A DNA stretch of 64,000 nucleotides, taken from contig QPMI01000206.1 in assembly GCA_004431415.1 (NCBI GenBank), positions 1 through 64,000 on the forward strand, read 5' to 3'. The DNA is from Cyanophora paradoxa CCMP329. Taxonomy: Eukaryota; Plantae; Glaucophyta. This document shows positions 42,291-56,148 of the stretch, piece after piece (position 1 is the stretch's first letter; the number at the start of each line of letters is the position of its first letter). The translations under genes were made by a program, and so were the position numbers. Under the pieces are notes generated by a model that saw only the letters and a list, made by a program, of their open reading frames with translations, was not told where the DNA came from and did not search any database.

Positions 42291-45200
42291 TTACGGGCCG
42301 GGATCCGGAGTATACTTTCGCAAGCTCCCGACCCGCTGGCTCGCTCGCCGCTCGTCGCTGTCGTCGGAGAGCGCGCGAGACGGGGGGCGCTCCGGATCCC
42401 GGCCCGCCCCCAGCTGCAAGTGCAGGAACCCCATCCCCACGGCGGCAGACGGCTGGGGTCTGGGCGCGGGGGGTCGGGGAGGGAGGAGGGAGCCCCAGCG
42501 CCCGTGGACCTCTTCTGCGGCCGCGTCCGGTCGCGAATTCCCGTAGCGCGAGCGCGAGGAGGCGTTGATGCGGATCTCCACAACCTCGTCCCCGACGCCG
42601 ACCGGCGCGCCCTCGAGGTCCGACGCGCCGCCGCCCCCGCTCCCGCTCCCGCTCCAGCCCGAGCTCGATGGCGGTTGCGGGGCGCCGGCGCTGGCGCCAG
42701 CGGCCCGGAGGGACTCCTCGAGGCGCAGGGCGTACCGGTTGGGCGCCGGGGGCGACTGCGGCCGGGCCTTGAATCCCCCCTCGAGCTCGCCCGCGTCGCC
42801 AGCCGCGGGGCCAGCGCCCTCCTCGAATTCGCTGAGCGAGTCGACGTCGTCGGCGTCGCGACCCTCCGAGGCGCCGTCGGCGTCGACATCGGCCCAGGAG
42901 CCTCCTCCCCCGCTCACGCCCTCCACATCCGGTCGCGACCGACCGCGGGCTCGCGATCGGCCGGCACGCGCAGACCCGGCCAACGGCCCCTCCGGGCCGG
43001 GGACGTCGGCCGAGTTGCGGCGCGATCGAGAGCGCGACGTCGACGAGGGAGCTCGAGAGGCGACGCCGGCGTCGGCGTTGGCGCCCTCGCGCTCGTGCAG
43101 GAAGGTCGACGTCGACGCCGCCCGCCGGAAGCTGCGCTGCTCCCGCAGTGCCGCAAGCGCGGCGCGCCTCCCCAGCACCCGCAGCCGGTCCGACTCCTGC
43201 ACACGCGCGCGCCTCAGCTCCACATCCTCAAATTCAAAAAAGGTTTCAGCTCAATTCAAAGATTTCGCGCCTTCTCGAGCTCGGCGGTGAGCTCAGCGAC
43301 CGCCCGGTCGAACTCCTCCTGCGCCCGCACGATCGCCGGGTCGTAGTCCTGCACAGTCGGCGCCGTCGCATAAATCAGCCATTCATTAATATTCTGGAAC
43401 CGATGAATCGCATATTAATGCACGTCACCTCGCCCTCGGCCGTGTTGCCCGCCTCGCGATCGCCCACGCTCGTGGCGCGGAGGACGGCCTGCGCGATGTT
43501 GCGCTTGATGTTCACCTTGCTGGCCTCGCTGTTCAGGTCTGCCGTCGACCGCGCGCCCGCCACCCGTGCCGGCGCCGGCTCGGGGTCCTCGGCGCCGATC
43601 TTCTCTCGGAACGACTTCGAGCGGAACGACGTCGAGCGGAACGACGTCGACCGGGCGCTGCGGGCGGTCGCAGCCGCAGTCGGCGTCGCGGCCGGCTCCT
43701 GGGTTGACGTTCTTCCATCCTTCTCTTCGACGCTGCCGACCAAACTCGGATCGGCAAAAGTGAACACCGCCTCGCGAAGGTGATCGCGAGCGGACGCACG
43801 AGCTCGCGGGGCCGCCGTAGGCCATCGAGGCGGCGTGCCCGGCGATGCTGGCGCGCAGGCCGATCGCGAAGGACCCCGACCGCGACAGGCCCTTCATGCT
43901 CCGGACCGATCGCGACGGCGCCTGCCTCGCGGTTGCGGGCGCCCCGCCCTCCGCGGGCGACCCGGGCCCCTCCTCTTTCTTGCAGGCGTGCGCCTCTGCA
44001 TCCGACTCGAGCTCGGGGCCGTCGCGCGCGGCCCGCGCGCGCGCCGTCGACTTCATGCTCGTCGACGTCGATGCGCACTTCTGACACGACTGCAGCGCGC
44101 GAACACTCAGCGACTAGCAGACATCAACGAGTAGAATTTATATTGTGGATTAGAGCTCAAACCCGCGCGGTGTCCGCGGAGAGGAGCCGTGCGAGCCGCG
44201 CCTCGGCGGCGCGGCGCTGGGCCGAGCCGGGCGCGCCGCTGAGCTCGGCGCCGTGCTCGAGGAGGAGCAGGGCGACGAGCTTCTGGCCGTGCCGCGCCGC
44301 CTCGTCCAGCGGGCGGAATCCCCTCTCGTCCTCCGCGTTCGCGTCCGCCCCGCTGCAGACCGCAGGGCCCGCGATTAAAATTCGGTTGAAGGTACGGTCG
44401 ATCAAATTCGAATTCGTTCTGCGCGCGGCGCCGGCACGCGCACCTGTGCAGCAGGAGCTCGACGGCCTGGAGCTGCCCCTCCGCGGCTGCGAGGTGGAGC
44501 GCCGTCCGACCGTCCTGCGCGCGGGATCAGTGCGAGGCGGATGCACATGTCGACGCAGAAGACAGTGTTCGAATGGGCGCGCGTAGTCGGCGGAGTTGAC
44601 GGGGACGCTGTAGCGGATGAGGAGGCGCAGCGACTCGACGTCGCCGTCCAGCGCCCCGTTGCACTGCCGGCGCCGCCGCCGCCCTCGTGGTGATCAGCCA
44701 GCGCGCCGACGCCTACGCCGACGGGAGGCTAGGGCGCGGGCGGACCATGATGCCGGCCTCGTTGGGGAGGAGCATGCGGGCGCCGGCGTCGGCGAGGAGG
44801 CCGGCGACGTGGAAGTGCCCGCCGCGGACGGCGTCCTGGAGGGGCGTGCCCCGCTTGCGGTCCACGCAGTCCAGGTCCACGCCGCAGCCGACCAGGTACT
44901 CCGCCACCGCCCGGTTCCCGTTGCTCGCCGCCCTGCACGCGTCGAGGCGCCTTAGATTAAAGAGTGCGGGGAAGCCTTCGAACTGGAGGCCGCACAGGTG
45001 GAGGGCCGAGCGGCCGTCGTAGTCCTGCAGCGAGGGGCTCACCCCGCACTCGACGAGGCGCTTCAGCCCGCCCAGGTCCCCCGCCGCGGCCGCCGTGCAC
45101 TGCGCGCAGCCCGCGGCCGTACGCGTCACGCGACGATCGCGATCACGCAGAGCTGCGCAATCGCTCGATTCCCGAAGATCTCATTTGTGCACGCACCAGC

Positions 45201-48200
45201 ATCATCGCCGGGTCGTCGAACTGCGGGACCGCCCCGAGCCGAATGAGGAGCCCGGCCGCCTCGTCCTGCCTGGTTGCGAAAACGTAAGAGAGGTCGAGGG
45301 AAACAATAGAAGCGCGCGATTATTCGTCTCGCACTGGTGGCGGATGGCGTCGATGATGGGCGTCCCACCGTAGCGATCCTTCGCGTTCAGATTAGCACCC
45401 CTGTCGATCTGCGGGTGGAAATTAAAATTCGGATCGAAGCACGATATCGATCAGCTAGCGCTCTAGATCTAGATATGATCTACATGTGGATCTGAATTTA
45501 AATTTGCGCGTAAAGAAACTTGGAGAATCGCAAGGGTATATAATTGGAACGCAATATTTAATCAAATGAAATAGGAATCAGACTCGCGCTCACCAACAGA
45601 TGAATGATGTCCGTGTGGCCGTCGCAAGCCTGGCGCAGTGTCTCAGAGCATGCACTCTCTCATGATCAGCCGGTCGCGAAATGCTGCTTGCGATTGCAGG
45701 GGCGACCGCACCGCGATGTGGAGGGCGGTGCGCCCGTCGTAGTCGGCGCTGTCGACGTCGACGTCCATCTCGAGGAAGCGCTTGACGCCCTCGAGGTTGC
45801 CGCGGTGCGCCTCCGTCAGCATCCGCACCGTCTTGTCCTGCTCCCGCTTCTCCTTCGCGACGCGCACGACCTGAGATGTCGGCGCGACCCGTCAGCTTCA
45901 TGGCAGCTTCGCGGTTGAGTACGACAAGGGCGCACATCGCGCAGGTTCTTGACCGTGTTGGACTCGCCCATCGCGCTCGAAACGATGCTCTCCGTTCCCA
46001 GGCTGACGGCGCTGCGCACGCGCACGCAGTGTGGGTTGGCTTTCAAAATTGAACTGCGAACACGCACAAGAACAAAAGGTGCGATGGCGAGCTAGCGCAC
46101 CTCATGCTGAGCTTGTCGTCGTCGGCCACGTTGGCGAGCACGCGCTTGAAGATGCGCTCCTCCTCGTCCTGCTCGTGCACACGTATGAGTTGAAGCATCC
46201 GGATTGCCAGCAGATTGACACTCGATATCGATTGCAAAGCGCGATGTTTGCGAGGAGCGCGCGCGAGGGCGCGCCTGGTAGTGCGAGATGAGGCTCTGGA
46301 AGTCGCGGCGGCTCAGGACGTAGAGCGTGCAGTGGCCCGTCGCGCTGACCCTCGCCGACGACGTCTGTTGATGGAAATTAGACGAGAGCTTAGTTAAGAA
46401 AAGCCGCGATTCAATTAATTATAAGCTCTATTGGGGCGGGCCTGGCGGAGGCCGAAGAAGAAGGCGAGGTCGCCGAGGCAGGCGCCGGCGGAGAGCTCGC
46501 GCCGCGCCTCCGCCCGCGTCACCGCGTCCACCGCCACCACGTCCACCTGCGCCCCAGACCTCGAGCCGAGGGCGCCCAAACGGGCCGGGGGCGAATTCGA
46601 ACCACTCCGCTCGCGATGAAGTACAGGTTCTGCGAGAGGTCGTTCCCTGGAGGCACAGTCAGGGTCACGACGCGTACGCGCCGATGGCCCCGGGGCTCGA
46701 ATTTCAACGAGGATCGCGCAGCGGCGGTGGCTGCGGCGGCGGGGGACGCACGGCGGAAGATCCAGCTGTGGGGCATGAGGGTGGACTCCTGGAGGAGGAC
46801 GGCGAGGGCGTCGACGAAGCCCTCCTCGCAGTCCGCGAAGACCCGGTTCGCCGCGATCAGCGGCCTGCACACCTGCGCCGCCCAGGGCGGGGGCGCCGGC
46901 GTCGGGATCGAAGCAACGACGTCGGGATCGAAGCAACGGGCGCGCACCTGGCGGGCGACCTGGACCTGGAGGCTGCGGGGCAGCTCCTTGAAGACGTTGT
47001 CCCCCGTCGTCCGGTTCGCCGCCCGGAAGTCGAAGAACGTCTGGAACGGGTTCGAAGAGCCGTCAGACCCGGCGGAAGTGCAGGAGCGTCGGATTTGGAC
47101 GGGCGGGCGCGCCTTCATGTCGGAGGCGATGGCGCCGCCGATGCCGCGCTCCTTGATGAAGCGCCCGATGGCGAGGAACTCGTCCCGCAGCTTCACCATC
47201 TCGCTGTCCTTCCCTTGCAGGAAGTCTGCGGCGAGGATGTTCACGATCAGGAGCGCTCTAGATCTTGACTTGGCGATATCAATTGCAATTTTGACTGTAC
47301 ATGTAATTATAAGAGGTCCTATCGCAGAACAGATCTAGATGCGGAACAGACCAGAGAGGTACATCGTCAGAAGTCTGCGCGGAAACAGTTGCAAGGCGTC
47401 AGATGTAGGGTCAGATTTAAATATTCTGAAACGCGTACGACGCTAAATACAAAGGTCGCGCACGAGTACCAGCAGAGGGAGACGATGTTTCCGGCGAGAA
47501 ACGCGAAGATTTCTGCGGAGTTGGACGCCGCGATCGAACCGGGGCCCATGCTCGTCATCATCGCCTGCCGCCGTTCGAATTCACGATCAGAAATGTTTGG
47601 ATATCGATCTAGGATGGCGTGTGCAGGAAGCGATCGCTCACGAAGCTCCAGAAGAGCGACTGCGGAAATTAAACCCGAAGTGCGTCAGTCTTAAGCTTTG
47701 CATGGTGGTTCGTTACTTTGCGCTCGAGTTGCTGAACTCAAAGCCAAATTAACATTCAAGGCCAAGTCAACGGGCACGGACCACGAAGTAGCGAAGGGCC
47801 TCGAAGCCGCCGCCGCTCTCCTCGGCGTGGAGGCCGCCGGCGAGCCCCGCGCCCCTCGGGTCCTCCCGCAGCCTCGCGAACCACGAGCGCTCCGGCGAGA
47901 CGAGCGCGCCCACGTAGAAGAAGCAGCACGCCCCGTAGTGCCCTGCCCGCCGATCATGAGGGGTGGGGATGGATGGATCAGATCCTTGATTGCAATCAGC
48001 AGATTGATCGAGAATCAAAGCGCGCCGATGAAGACGGTGAGGAGGAGGAGCTTGAGGACGCCGGCGAGGCTGTTCCCGCTCGAGCCCGTGGCGTTCGCGT
48101 TCCGCTGGCGCAGGTACGAGAGCACGGGCCGCGTCGCGAGATAGCGATTCACCCGCAGCCTGCGCGCGCGCGCGAGCGAGGGAGAGGGGGAGGGAAAGTG

Positions 48201-49250
48201 AGGGTCAGCATGTGTGATTCCCGACGCCGGCGGTGGCAAGATTGACTGATTAAAAAATTGAATTCTCGTTCACCAGACAACGGTCGTGCTGCTCAGACCC
48301 TGTACAGATGTTAGTTTGACACAGATATCAATCTAGACGATCAGGAGCAAGAATACAATTGAGCGCACGGCGGCGTAGGCCATAAGGTCGAAAGGGACGA
48401 CAGCCAGTAGATCGAGAACCAGATTAGTCTTTAAATCTGCACACAAATTAATGCGAGACGCGGCGGGGACCATCGAACGTGATTTCGAAGGGAAAACGAA
48501 CAATGCTTGAAAATCTTCTCGAGCCGCAGCTCGACCGCGCCCCGCCTGGTCTCGTATGCCTTTTGAAACGATCGAAATCACGCACCAAACTCAGGAATTC
48601 TATGTATTTAAAAAATTCTATTTGGGGGTGATCATGATCACGATTTGATTCGCGGACCGTCGTCAAGTTGGAAGCGGCGAGGGCGAGGAATAGGGCGTCG
48701 CAGAGCCAGTCGGAGAGCACGTTGGAGACGAGAGAGGCGGGTGGGGGCGCGAAGGCGATCCGGTAGGGGATCGCCAGCGCGTCTGCGCGCGCGCGCGCGC
48801 GGCCGAACTCAGCGGGGGCCGCGCGAGTCGGAATTTCGAGGAGATTAAAGGAGGGCACGCACAGTAGAGGCCGAGGAGCAGCTGGGCCCCTCTGACGGCG
48901 CGGAGGGACTTGGAGCCCGGGAGGACGATCCCCGAGACGCGGGGGCCCGAGCCGGAGGCGCCGGCGGCCGCCTCGCGGTCGCGGTCGCGGTCGCCGTACG
49001 CGAGCCGCCCGGGCCCGCGGACGGAGCCCCCTGCGGAAACGGCGCTCGCGGCGCCGGAGAGCGGCTCCGTCTTCCTAGGCCTCCGCGCGGCGTCCCAGCG
49101 TAAGGAGTCGCGATCGGGGCCCCGCCCCGCGGACGCGCCGGCGGCCGCGGCCGAGCGCCTGCTGGACGCCGACCGCGCACTACTCGACGTCGCAGCCGCG
49201 CCGCCTCCGCTCCTCCTCGCGCCCGCCGCTACGTCGCCGGGGCCGTCCAT
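42291..49250 (-). CDS. 6TM cation channel with cyclic-nucleotide-binding domain and ankyrin repeats (AKT/SKOR-like architecture)
   Basis: AIPYRIAF, LDLLAVVPFD, HYGACCFF, pore MTSMGPGSI, C-linker ELPRSLQVQV, CNBD LYFIASG/GDLAFF, ankyrins ADYDGRTALH and DRYGGTP; low-complexity tail. Joining of the last exons to 42291 is inferred. Confidence 0.82.
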
Positions 49251-50581
49251 GCCGGCGCGCGCCTGGCCTTCAGCCTGCAGTTGCGGGGCGCCGCCCGGCA
49301 CGCCGGCGCCCTTGAGCTAGCTATAGCGCTTGGTCGCGCCAGAGCGCGCGCGCGCGCGCGCGCGCGAGCCGGTGGGCCGCGGCCGGCGCCGGGGCGCCCG
49401 CGGCCGGCTCGCGATCGGTTATGCGATGATCGATCGATATCGCTATTGCTATCGCGCGCGCACGGCGCCGGCGCACGTTCGTGCTGCTGCTGCCGCCGGC
49501 CGCCGCTGCAGCTGCTGCCGCCGCGCGCCGCTGCCGCCAGGACTCTTTGCCAGGGAGGCGCCTTTCACAGCGTTTGTGTGCATCATATGCATGATCAGCG
49601 CTGGCTGTTGACGTTCGAGACGGTTCGGCCGATTGGGACCTGCATGCGCAGTACCCCCGCTGGCCGCATCTCAGCAGCCCCGCGGCCCGCGGCCATCTCT
49701 CGAGCTCTCTCTCTGTCAGCCCGGCGGCCTGTGAACATGCGCTTTCAAGGTAGTGAGTCGACGTTCGCGTTCGGCCGCGGCAAACTAAAGGCTTCGAAAT
49801 TCGCCGCTTCCGAAGTTCCGGGATCCGAGTTTGGTCGAGTAAGGAGACGTCGACATATACCGTGATGTACCGTACGTAAGTGTACAGGGCCGCCGGGCCG
49901 GCGCCCTAGCTAGGTCCTGGGGACCTGGCCAAGTTAAGCGCGCGCGCTTAATTTGCACATGCACGTAGGGCGGGCGCCCGGCACGCGCGCATCGCTAGCT
50001 GAGCGTAGCTATATAGCTACAGCATGCATATGCTCACTGCCGCAGTACTAGTGCGCGCAGCTGCAGCTGGCGCGCGCGCGCTGCGCGCGAGCGCGCGAGC
50101 TACATGCAAATGCATGACGGCAGCATAAGCGGCGTTGAGCCTCGGAGCGCTAGCCAGGTTCAGACTTCATGCATATGATCAGACCGCGTCCTGCGGCGCT
50201 AAGCATGCCGGGCCATTGCCGGGGTGCCGCGCTGCATGCGCAGCGGCCGGCGCAGCCGCGTTGAGCGTTTGCGCCGGCGCTACTAGGCTAGCGCTAGCGC
50301 TGGCGCCGGCCAATTCGAATTCGAACACGCCGCACTCATGGGGGTACACGCCAAGATTGACTTCCGGAGTTTGCGCCCGCAGCGTGATTTCCTGGCCCGG
50401 AGAGCCCGCTGCTGGAGCCTTCGCGTGGGTGGGCCGGTCGTACGCGTAGGGCTTTATCACACGCGGTAGATGTTCCAGCATCGCGGCGGAGGGCAGTAGA
50501 TCGGAGTCGGTCAGTTAGTCTGGTTCACGGTTGAACCAGTCGGGCCGGCTGCTGGGACCAGCGTTATCGCTGGCACCAGCG

Positions 50582-53500
50582 ATGGCTCCCTCGTCAGGGA
50601 GCAGAGCGTGGGCCCTGCTGGTCGCGGCCGTAGCCGTGCTCTCGATCCTCCGAGCCGTGCAAGGAGCCCAGCCACAGAGTGCGTGCGACGCAGGCGCCTG
50701 CCTGGTGGCGGCGGGCGTCTGGGCGCCTCTGGCATTGACTCCTGGGGGCAGGCCCTGCTCCGCTGGTGCCCCTTGACTTCTTCCATGAAACGCAATGCCC
50801 AGCCGGGGATGCGATCAGGGCCGGAGAGCTTACCAGCGGCTCCACCATGGTCTTTGAGGGCTTCATTGACGTGTTCGACGGGCCGAAGGCCTTCACGTTC
50901 TTTGTTCCGCAGTCGGAGGGGGGCGGCGTGGAGTTCAGCGGTGCGAACCCGGACGTCACGACCCCCGCGGAGGCTGGGCACGCCCGCCTGACCCGCGGCT
51001 TGTCCCGTGCGCAGCGACTACATGCAGTCCTTCGACGACCTTCGGTGCGTCCGAGTGCCGCCTCCGCCGCCTCGCGACCGCTGATTGCGCGCCCCGCCGC
51101 AGACACCGTTCTGCTGCTGTGAGCGCCCCTCACGGCGAGCGATCGTCCTCGGCATCTCACGTGTAGCTGCAGGTCGCAAGGGTGCAACGGGCCGGCGCCG
51201 CCGGAGCGGCCCCAGCCCCTCTCGCACGAATCGGCCGAGGAGGCGAACTATGCCGGCGACGACGACGCGGCGTGCGGGCCCAGCCCCCTCGCCTCCACGC
51301 TCCAGCGCAAGCTCGCGCCGGGGGTCTACACACTGACCGTCGCCTCCTGTGCGGCCGCCCCCGCCCCGCCGAGCGCCGGCCGAGCGCCGGCTGACCCCGC
51401 GCCTCGCCCCGCCCCGCCGCAGCGCACACGTACATTGGAGCCGTGCCCGGCTCGTTTCAGCTGACCATCCGGGGCCGCCCCATCGGCTCCGAGCACCAGT
51501 TCCGAACCACGCGCGGGGGGCACGGTGCGGCGCCCCTTCGAGCATGCGAACCCGCAGGCGCCGACTCACCGATCCGCCGCGCCACCGCCCGCCCGCCCGC
51601 CGACCCGCAGGCCCGTCGCTGGGCTCCTTCAGCGTCAGCCTGGAGCTGCCGGCCCGCGTCTCGCCGGACGCCGACAACGCCTCCGGCTCGCCCGTCCTCG
51701 CCGTCGCATGGCGCGCCCGCGCACCCGCCCGCTCCCCCGCCCCGGGGCCCGCGGCGGCTGAGGGGGGGGCAGGTCGTCGTCGCGGGGCCTGCTCGGCGTG
51801 GCGGCCGCGTGGCTCGGCGGCCTCGTCGGCCACTCCGCCCGCTTCGCCGTCTCCGCCGCCAAGGTCCCCCGCCCCGCCCCCGCCCCCGCCCCCCGCCCCC
51901 GCCGAGGGCGCCCCGCAGGCGCACCCGACGCGCGCCGACGTCGTCACCCTCATCGGCCGCGTCACCGTCCGCCCTGTGCCCCCCTGCGATGTCTCCCGCC
52001 CCCCGGTTCGATCGGGCGCGCGCAGGAGGAGTACGTGGGGGGCTCCCTGAGCGCCCTCGCGGCGGCCCTGCGCTCCGCCCCGACGGTCCCCCGCTTCGGC
52101 GGCATGTCGAGCTTCCGTCTGAGCGAGGCGAGATCGGCCCCGCGCGCCCCGCCCCCCGGGCGCCGCCGGGCCTGACGGAGCGCCCGCCGCGCAGGTCTGC
52201 ATCCGCGAGAGCGGCGCCGACGCGCCCTTCTGTGAGACCCTGGAGCTGGGGCCCGCCCCGGAGCCCGCCGAGTGGTGCGGGCCCCCGGCGGGGCGCCTTT
52301 CCCCACTCCCCGCGCCCCTCACGGTCCGCTGCGCCGCAGGACTCCGGCGCCCGCCCCGGCGCGGCCGGCGCCGGCCGCTGAGCCCCGCGCGCCGCCGAGC
52401 CGCCGGCCCCGGCCCGGCGGCGGCGGCCCCGGCGGCGGCCCCGGCGGCGGCGGCTGGGCGCGGGGCGGGGCGGGGCCGGCGGTGGCCGCCGCTGGTGGAG
52501 GACGTGCTGGAGCTCTACTTCCCGCAGGGCGCCTCGGCCTGGCGGGCCGTCTTCGCCGCCGCCCTCGTCCTCGGCGTCGGCGTCCCCATCGGCCTCCGCG
52601 CCGCCGACATCGCCGAGCGCCGCGAGAAGGCCCGCCCCCGCCCCCGCCCCGGCCCCCGCCCGTGGGCCGCGAGCCCCAGGCTGAGCCCCGCCGGCAGCTC
52701 AAGGCGGGGATGCGGCGGCGGTGGTCGGGCGAGTGCCCGCCGCTCGCGATCAACGTGCCGGCGGGCGCCGGCGGCGAGGCGGCCCCCTACGAGGACAGCG
52801 ACGACCTCGAGTCGGCCCCGCAGAGCCGCCGCGCCTCCTGCCTCTCCCTCGCCCCAGCCAGGTCCGCCCCGCCCGCCCGCCCCCCCGCCTCCCGCATGGC
52901 CGCCTGCTCACGCCCTCCCCTTCCTTCTTCCGCCCCGCAGCGGCCCCGTCCGCTCGCGCTCCAGGAGAGCCTCCACGTGCCCTCCTCCGACAGCCTCGCC
53001 CCGCCCGCGCCCCGCAGGGTCCGCCGCCCGCCACCTCTCCCCGGCCCGGCCCCGCCCCGAACGCGCGTCTCAAGGGGGGTACGCGGGCGCGGGCGCAGGG
53101 CTCGCGGTCGTTCACGGGCACGTCGCGGCGCTCGTCGACCGTCTCCGTCTCGTCCCTGGGGGCCCCGGCCCACCGTCTACGAGCTGCCGACCCCGCCAGC
53201 CAGGTCCCCCCCCGCCCGCCCCGCCCCGCCCCGCCCGCCCGCCCACCGACGCCGGGCGCGCCCCCGCCGGCAGCCCGGCTCGTCGCCGGCCTCGCCGGTG
53301 ATGCGGCCGGCCCCCGTCCGGCGCGGCTCGCTGGACCATTTCAGCCTCCACTCCCAGGTGCCCCGCCCTGCCCCGCCCGCGTCCGGCCCGCCGGCAACCC
53401 CGCACGCTGCCGCCGACGCTGGCGCCCGGCGCAGTCGTTCTCGGCCTTGAGGCGGGCGAGCCCGAGCCCGGTGGAGGGCTCGCCGGGGGGCACGCCGCGG

Positions 53501-53785
53501 GGGCGGGGGCCGCAGCCGGGTGCCGCGCGCCGCTCGAGCTCGACGACCGAGCTCGTCCCCCCGTTATCGTCTTCGACGGCGGCTCGGCCGCCCCGCCGCC
53601 CCCGGCCATCCCCGGCGGCTTCGCCCACTCCTTCATCTCCTCCAGCCGCTCCCCGGTCGGCGGCCGCGTCCCCGTCACCCACCTCTGAACCCCTCCTCCC
53701 CCCGACTCCCGCGCATCCCCCCTCCCCCGCCTCGCCTCGCCTCGCCTGCGCCGCGCTCTGTAATTTCGCCCGCCGCCTAGCTTAG
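50582..53785 (+). CDS. Single-pass membrane protein with signal peptide and PPC-like domain (paralogue of 22827-26341)
   Basis: Signal MAPSSGSRAWALLVAAVAVLSILRAVQG; DTVLLL...GDDDAACG...ASTLQRKLAPGVYTLTVAS; TM AVFAAALVLGVGVPIGL. Confidence 0.6.
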
Positions 53786-54251
53786 GCGCCCGCTTTTCGG
53801 TAGGACCCCAGGTTTTACTAGCCGTAGCTCGCCCGCGCCGCGCTTTCCTGCGATTTATCCGCCGTGTGTGTGTGCCCTCTTCGCTCCTTCGGGAGCCCCA
53901 TCGTATCCTTTTTTGGAAGCATTTTAAAAGTAGGCAAGTAAAATATCCTTTGTTCGATCGCTTGGCCCGCAACTAGTTGCGATGCTCGAGAACTGTGAAG
54001 TAACGGCATTGCTTGTGTACCCCGATCGCGAGTCCCCTCTCCGGCAAGCAACTTGTCGGCAACCCGCGCCCTAGGTCCCGTCTCCTCCCCCATCGGCCCC
54101 GCGGAAGGCCCTTACGACTGGGACTGCTGGCACTAGTACCTGTGATATTGGACTACAATAAGCTACAATACGCTGGCGCTAACGAAGGTTTGAGCGAAAA
54201 GCAGATCTAGAGGGGCTCAGGCCTAGGAGCGGACCGGAGACTGGGCGGGTG

Positions 54252-55566
54252 CTATATGATGTCCGTGCCGAGGGGGCCGGTGAGGGGTACTCCCGTGGGG
54301 GACTTGCTGGTCGGGGATCGCCGGAAGAGGGAGGGCTTCGGGGGGGAGTCCTTCAGGACTTTCTCGGGGGCGGGGGGCGGGGCGGGGGCCGGGGGCGGGG
54401 CGGGGGCGGCCGGCGTCGACTTGGGCCAGTCCTGGATGATGATGATCACGAAGATGCCTGGGCAGCGAGGGATCAGAGGGCGTCTCCCGCCCGGAAAAGA
54501 GGCAAGAGAGGGGTACCGACGAAGGAGAAGATGGCGATGATCATCGTCCAGAAGAAGGAACTGCAGGGCGGTCAGAAGGAAAGGAAAGGAAAGGAAAGGG
54601 AGGAAGGGAAGAGGAAGCGGGGACCTGAAGTCCATCAGGCAGCCGACGGGCGGGACGAGGGGCGCGGAGCCGCGGAACGAGGGGAGCGCGAACATCATCC
54701 CGGAGTAGACGATGAGCATGGGGAGCTCGGCGCGGCGCTTGCGCCAGATGACGATGTGCATGGCCATGGAGAGGGCGACCAGCGTGACGACCCACATGGC
54801 GACCATCACGAACATCTGCGGGGCAGTCGAGCGCGAAGCTGAGCGCGAAGCCCCGCAGGAGGAGCGCCGCGCCGGCGCCGCTTGCCGCGGGGCGCACCGG
54901 GTAGAACTTGAAGACGCTGGCGCGCTCCGCGGTCAGCTTCACTAGCTTCGTGCCCGGCGAGGCCTGGTAGCGCTTCTTGTCGTTCGGCGACGGGAAGTCG
55001 ATCTTGAAGCCGGAGACGACGCGGCTCTCCATGCGCAGGTTGAAGTTCACGTAGTTCACGAGCGGCGAGTCGTCGTCGATGTTGAGCGTGATATCGAGCG
55101 CCATGCCATAGTGGTCGAAAGGGTAGTCGTTGATGGAGCCGTTCAGCAGGCGCACCGTAGCCGTGAAACTGGTCAGGAGCTGGCCCTTAAGGTACGTGAA
55201 GATCTGTGTGTCGCCGCCGAAGAAGTGGATTTCGAACGGCATTGTCACGATGTCGTAGGCGTCAGTAAAGCCGTTCGCGTTGGTGATCTCGCCCTCCAGC
55301 AGCATGCGCGCGTTGGCGGCGTCAAAAGTTTGTACGCGGAGCGACATGTCCATGGTGTAGTTAAAGCCGCCGAGCGACGGATAGTACTCTCCGAGAATCT
55401 TGTGCTCTCTCCTAAACACATCCAGCGTCGTGAACACGCAGATTACCACCGCGCAACAGAAAAGCGCTGTTATCGAATGCCGAAGCGCCAGCGTCCGCTT
55501 CTTCGACCAGAAGACCTTAGCCTGCTTGGCCGCCGCCGCATTGGAGTCGGGAGGCGCAGCGGACAT
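54252..55566 (-). CDS. DUF4436-family membrane protein
   Basis: N-terminal TM, GSINDYPFDHY, then TMs with FALPSFRGSAPLVPPVGCLMDF/SSFFW, matching the DUF4436 signature as I recall it. Confidence 0.75.
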
Positions 55567-56148
55567 GGCCGCGCGCTCCTCGCCGCGCGCGGGACGGCCG
55601 TCCGATGTCCCGCCTGCTGCGCGCCGCGGGCTCCGCTTTTCCGGCGCGCTGCCTCCCTCGGGCGTGTCTACGTCACCTCGCGCGTCCGCTGCTGCCTGGT
55701 GGCAGGCTGGTGCGCTCTTGCTGGCCTGCACCGTCGTGCCTGTACCCCGTGAACGAGCACCGCCGCTGCACCGGCGGCACCGCTGCACCGCTGCGGCGCA
55801 CGCTCGGCGTCTTCGTTCCGTTCCTGAGTATCCGACGATCTAGCGTAATCAGCACTGAGCCAGCGCCTCGTTAGTCGAGCTGCACGCGCCTGCAGACAAG
55901 CTTACAGGCCTAGGCCTGAACTCCCGAACACCCCCTTCCAAGTTGTGATGCGGGCGTAGATACATCCGCGACGTGCCAAGGCGCGCCCTCCGTCCAGTTC
56001 TCCTTCCAGCTTCCTTACCGGCAGCCCACGTAAGCACCAGCGACCCGGAGATTTCGCAAGCGCAGCAGCGCGGAGAAGCGCAGTTGTGCGAGGGCGGGGC
56101 GCTTGGCTGCCAGGTCAGCGATGCTTCCTAGCAGCTCTAGTCAGCAAG

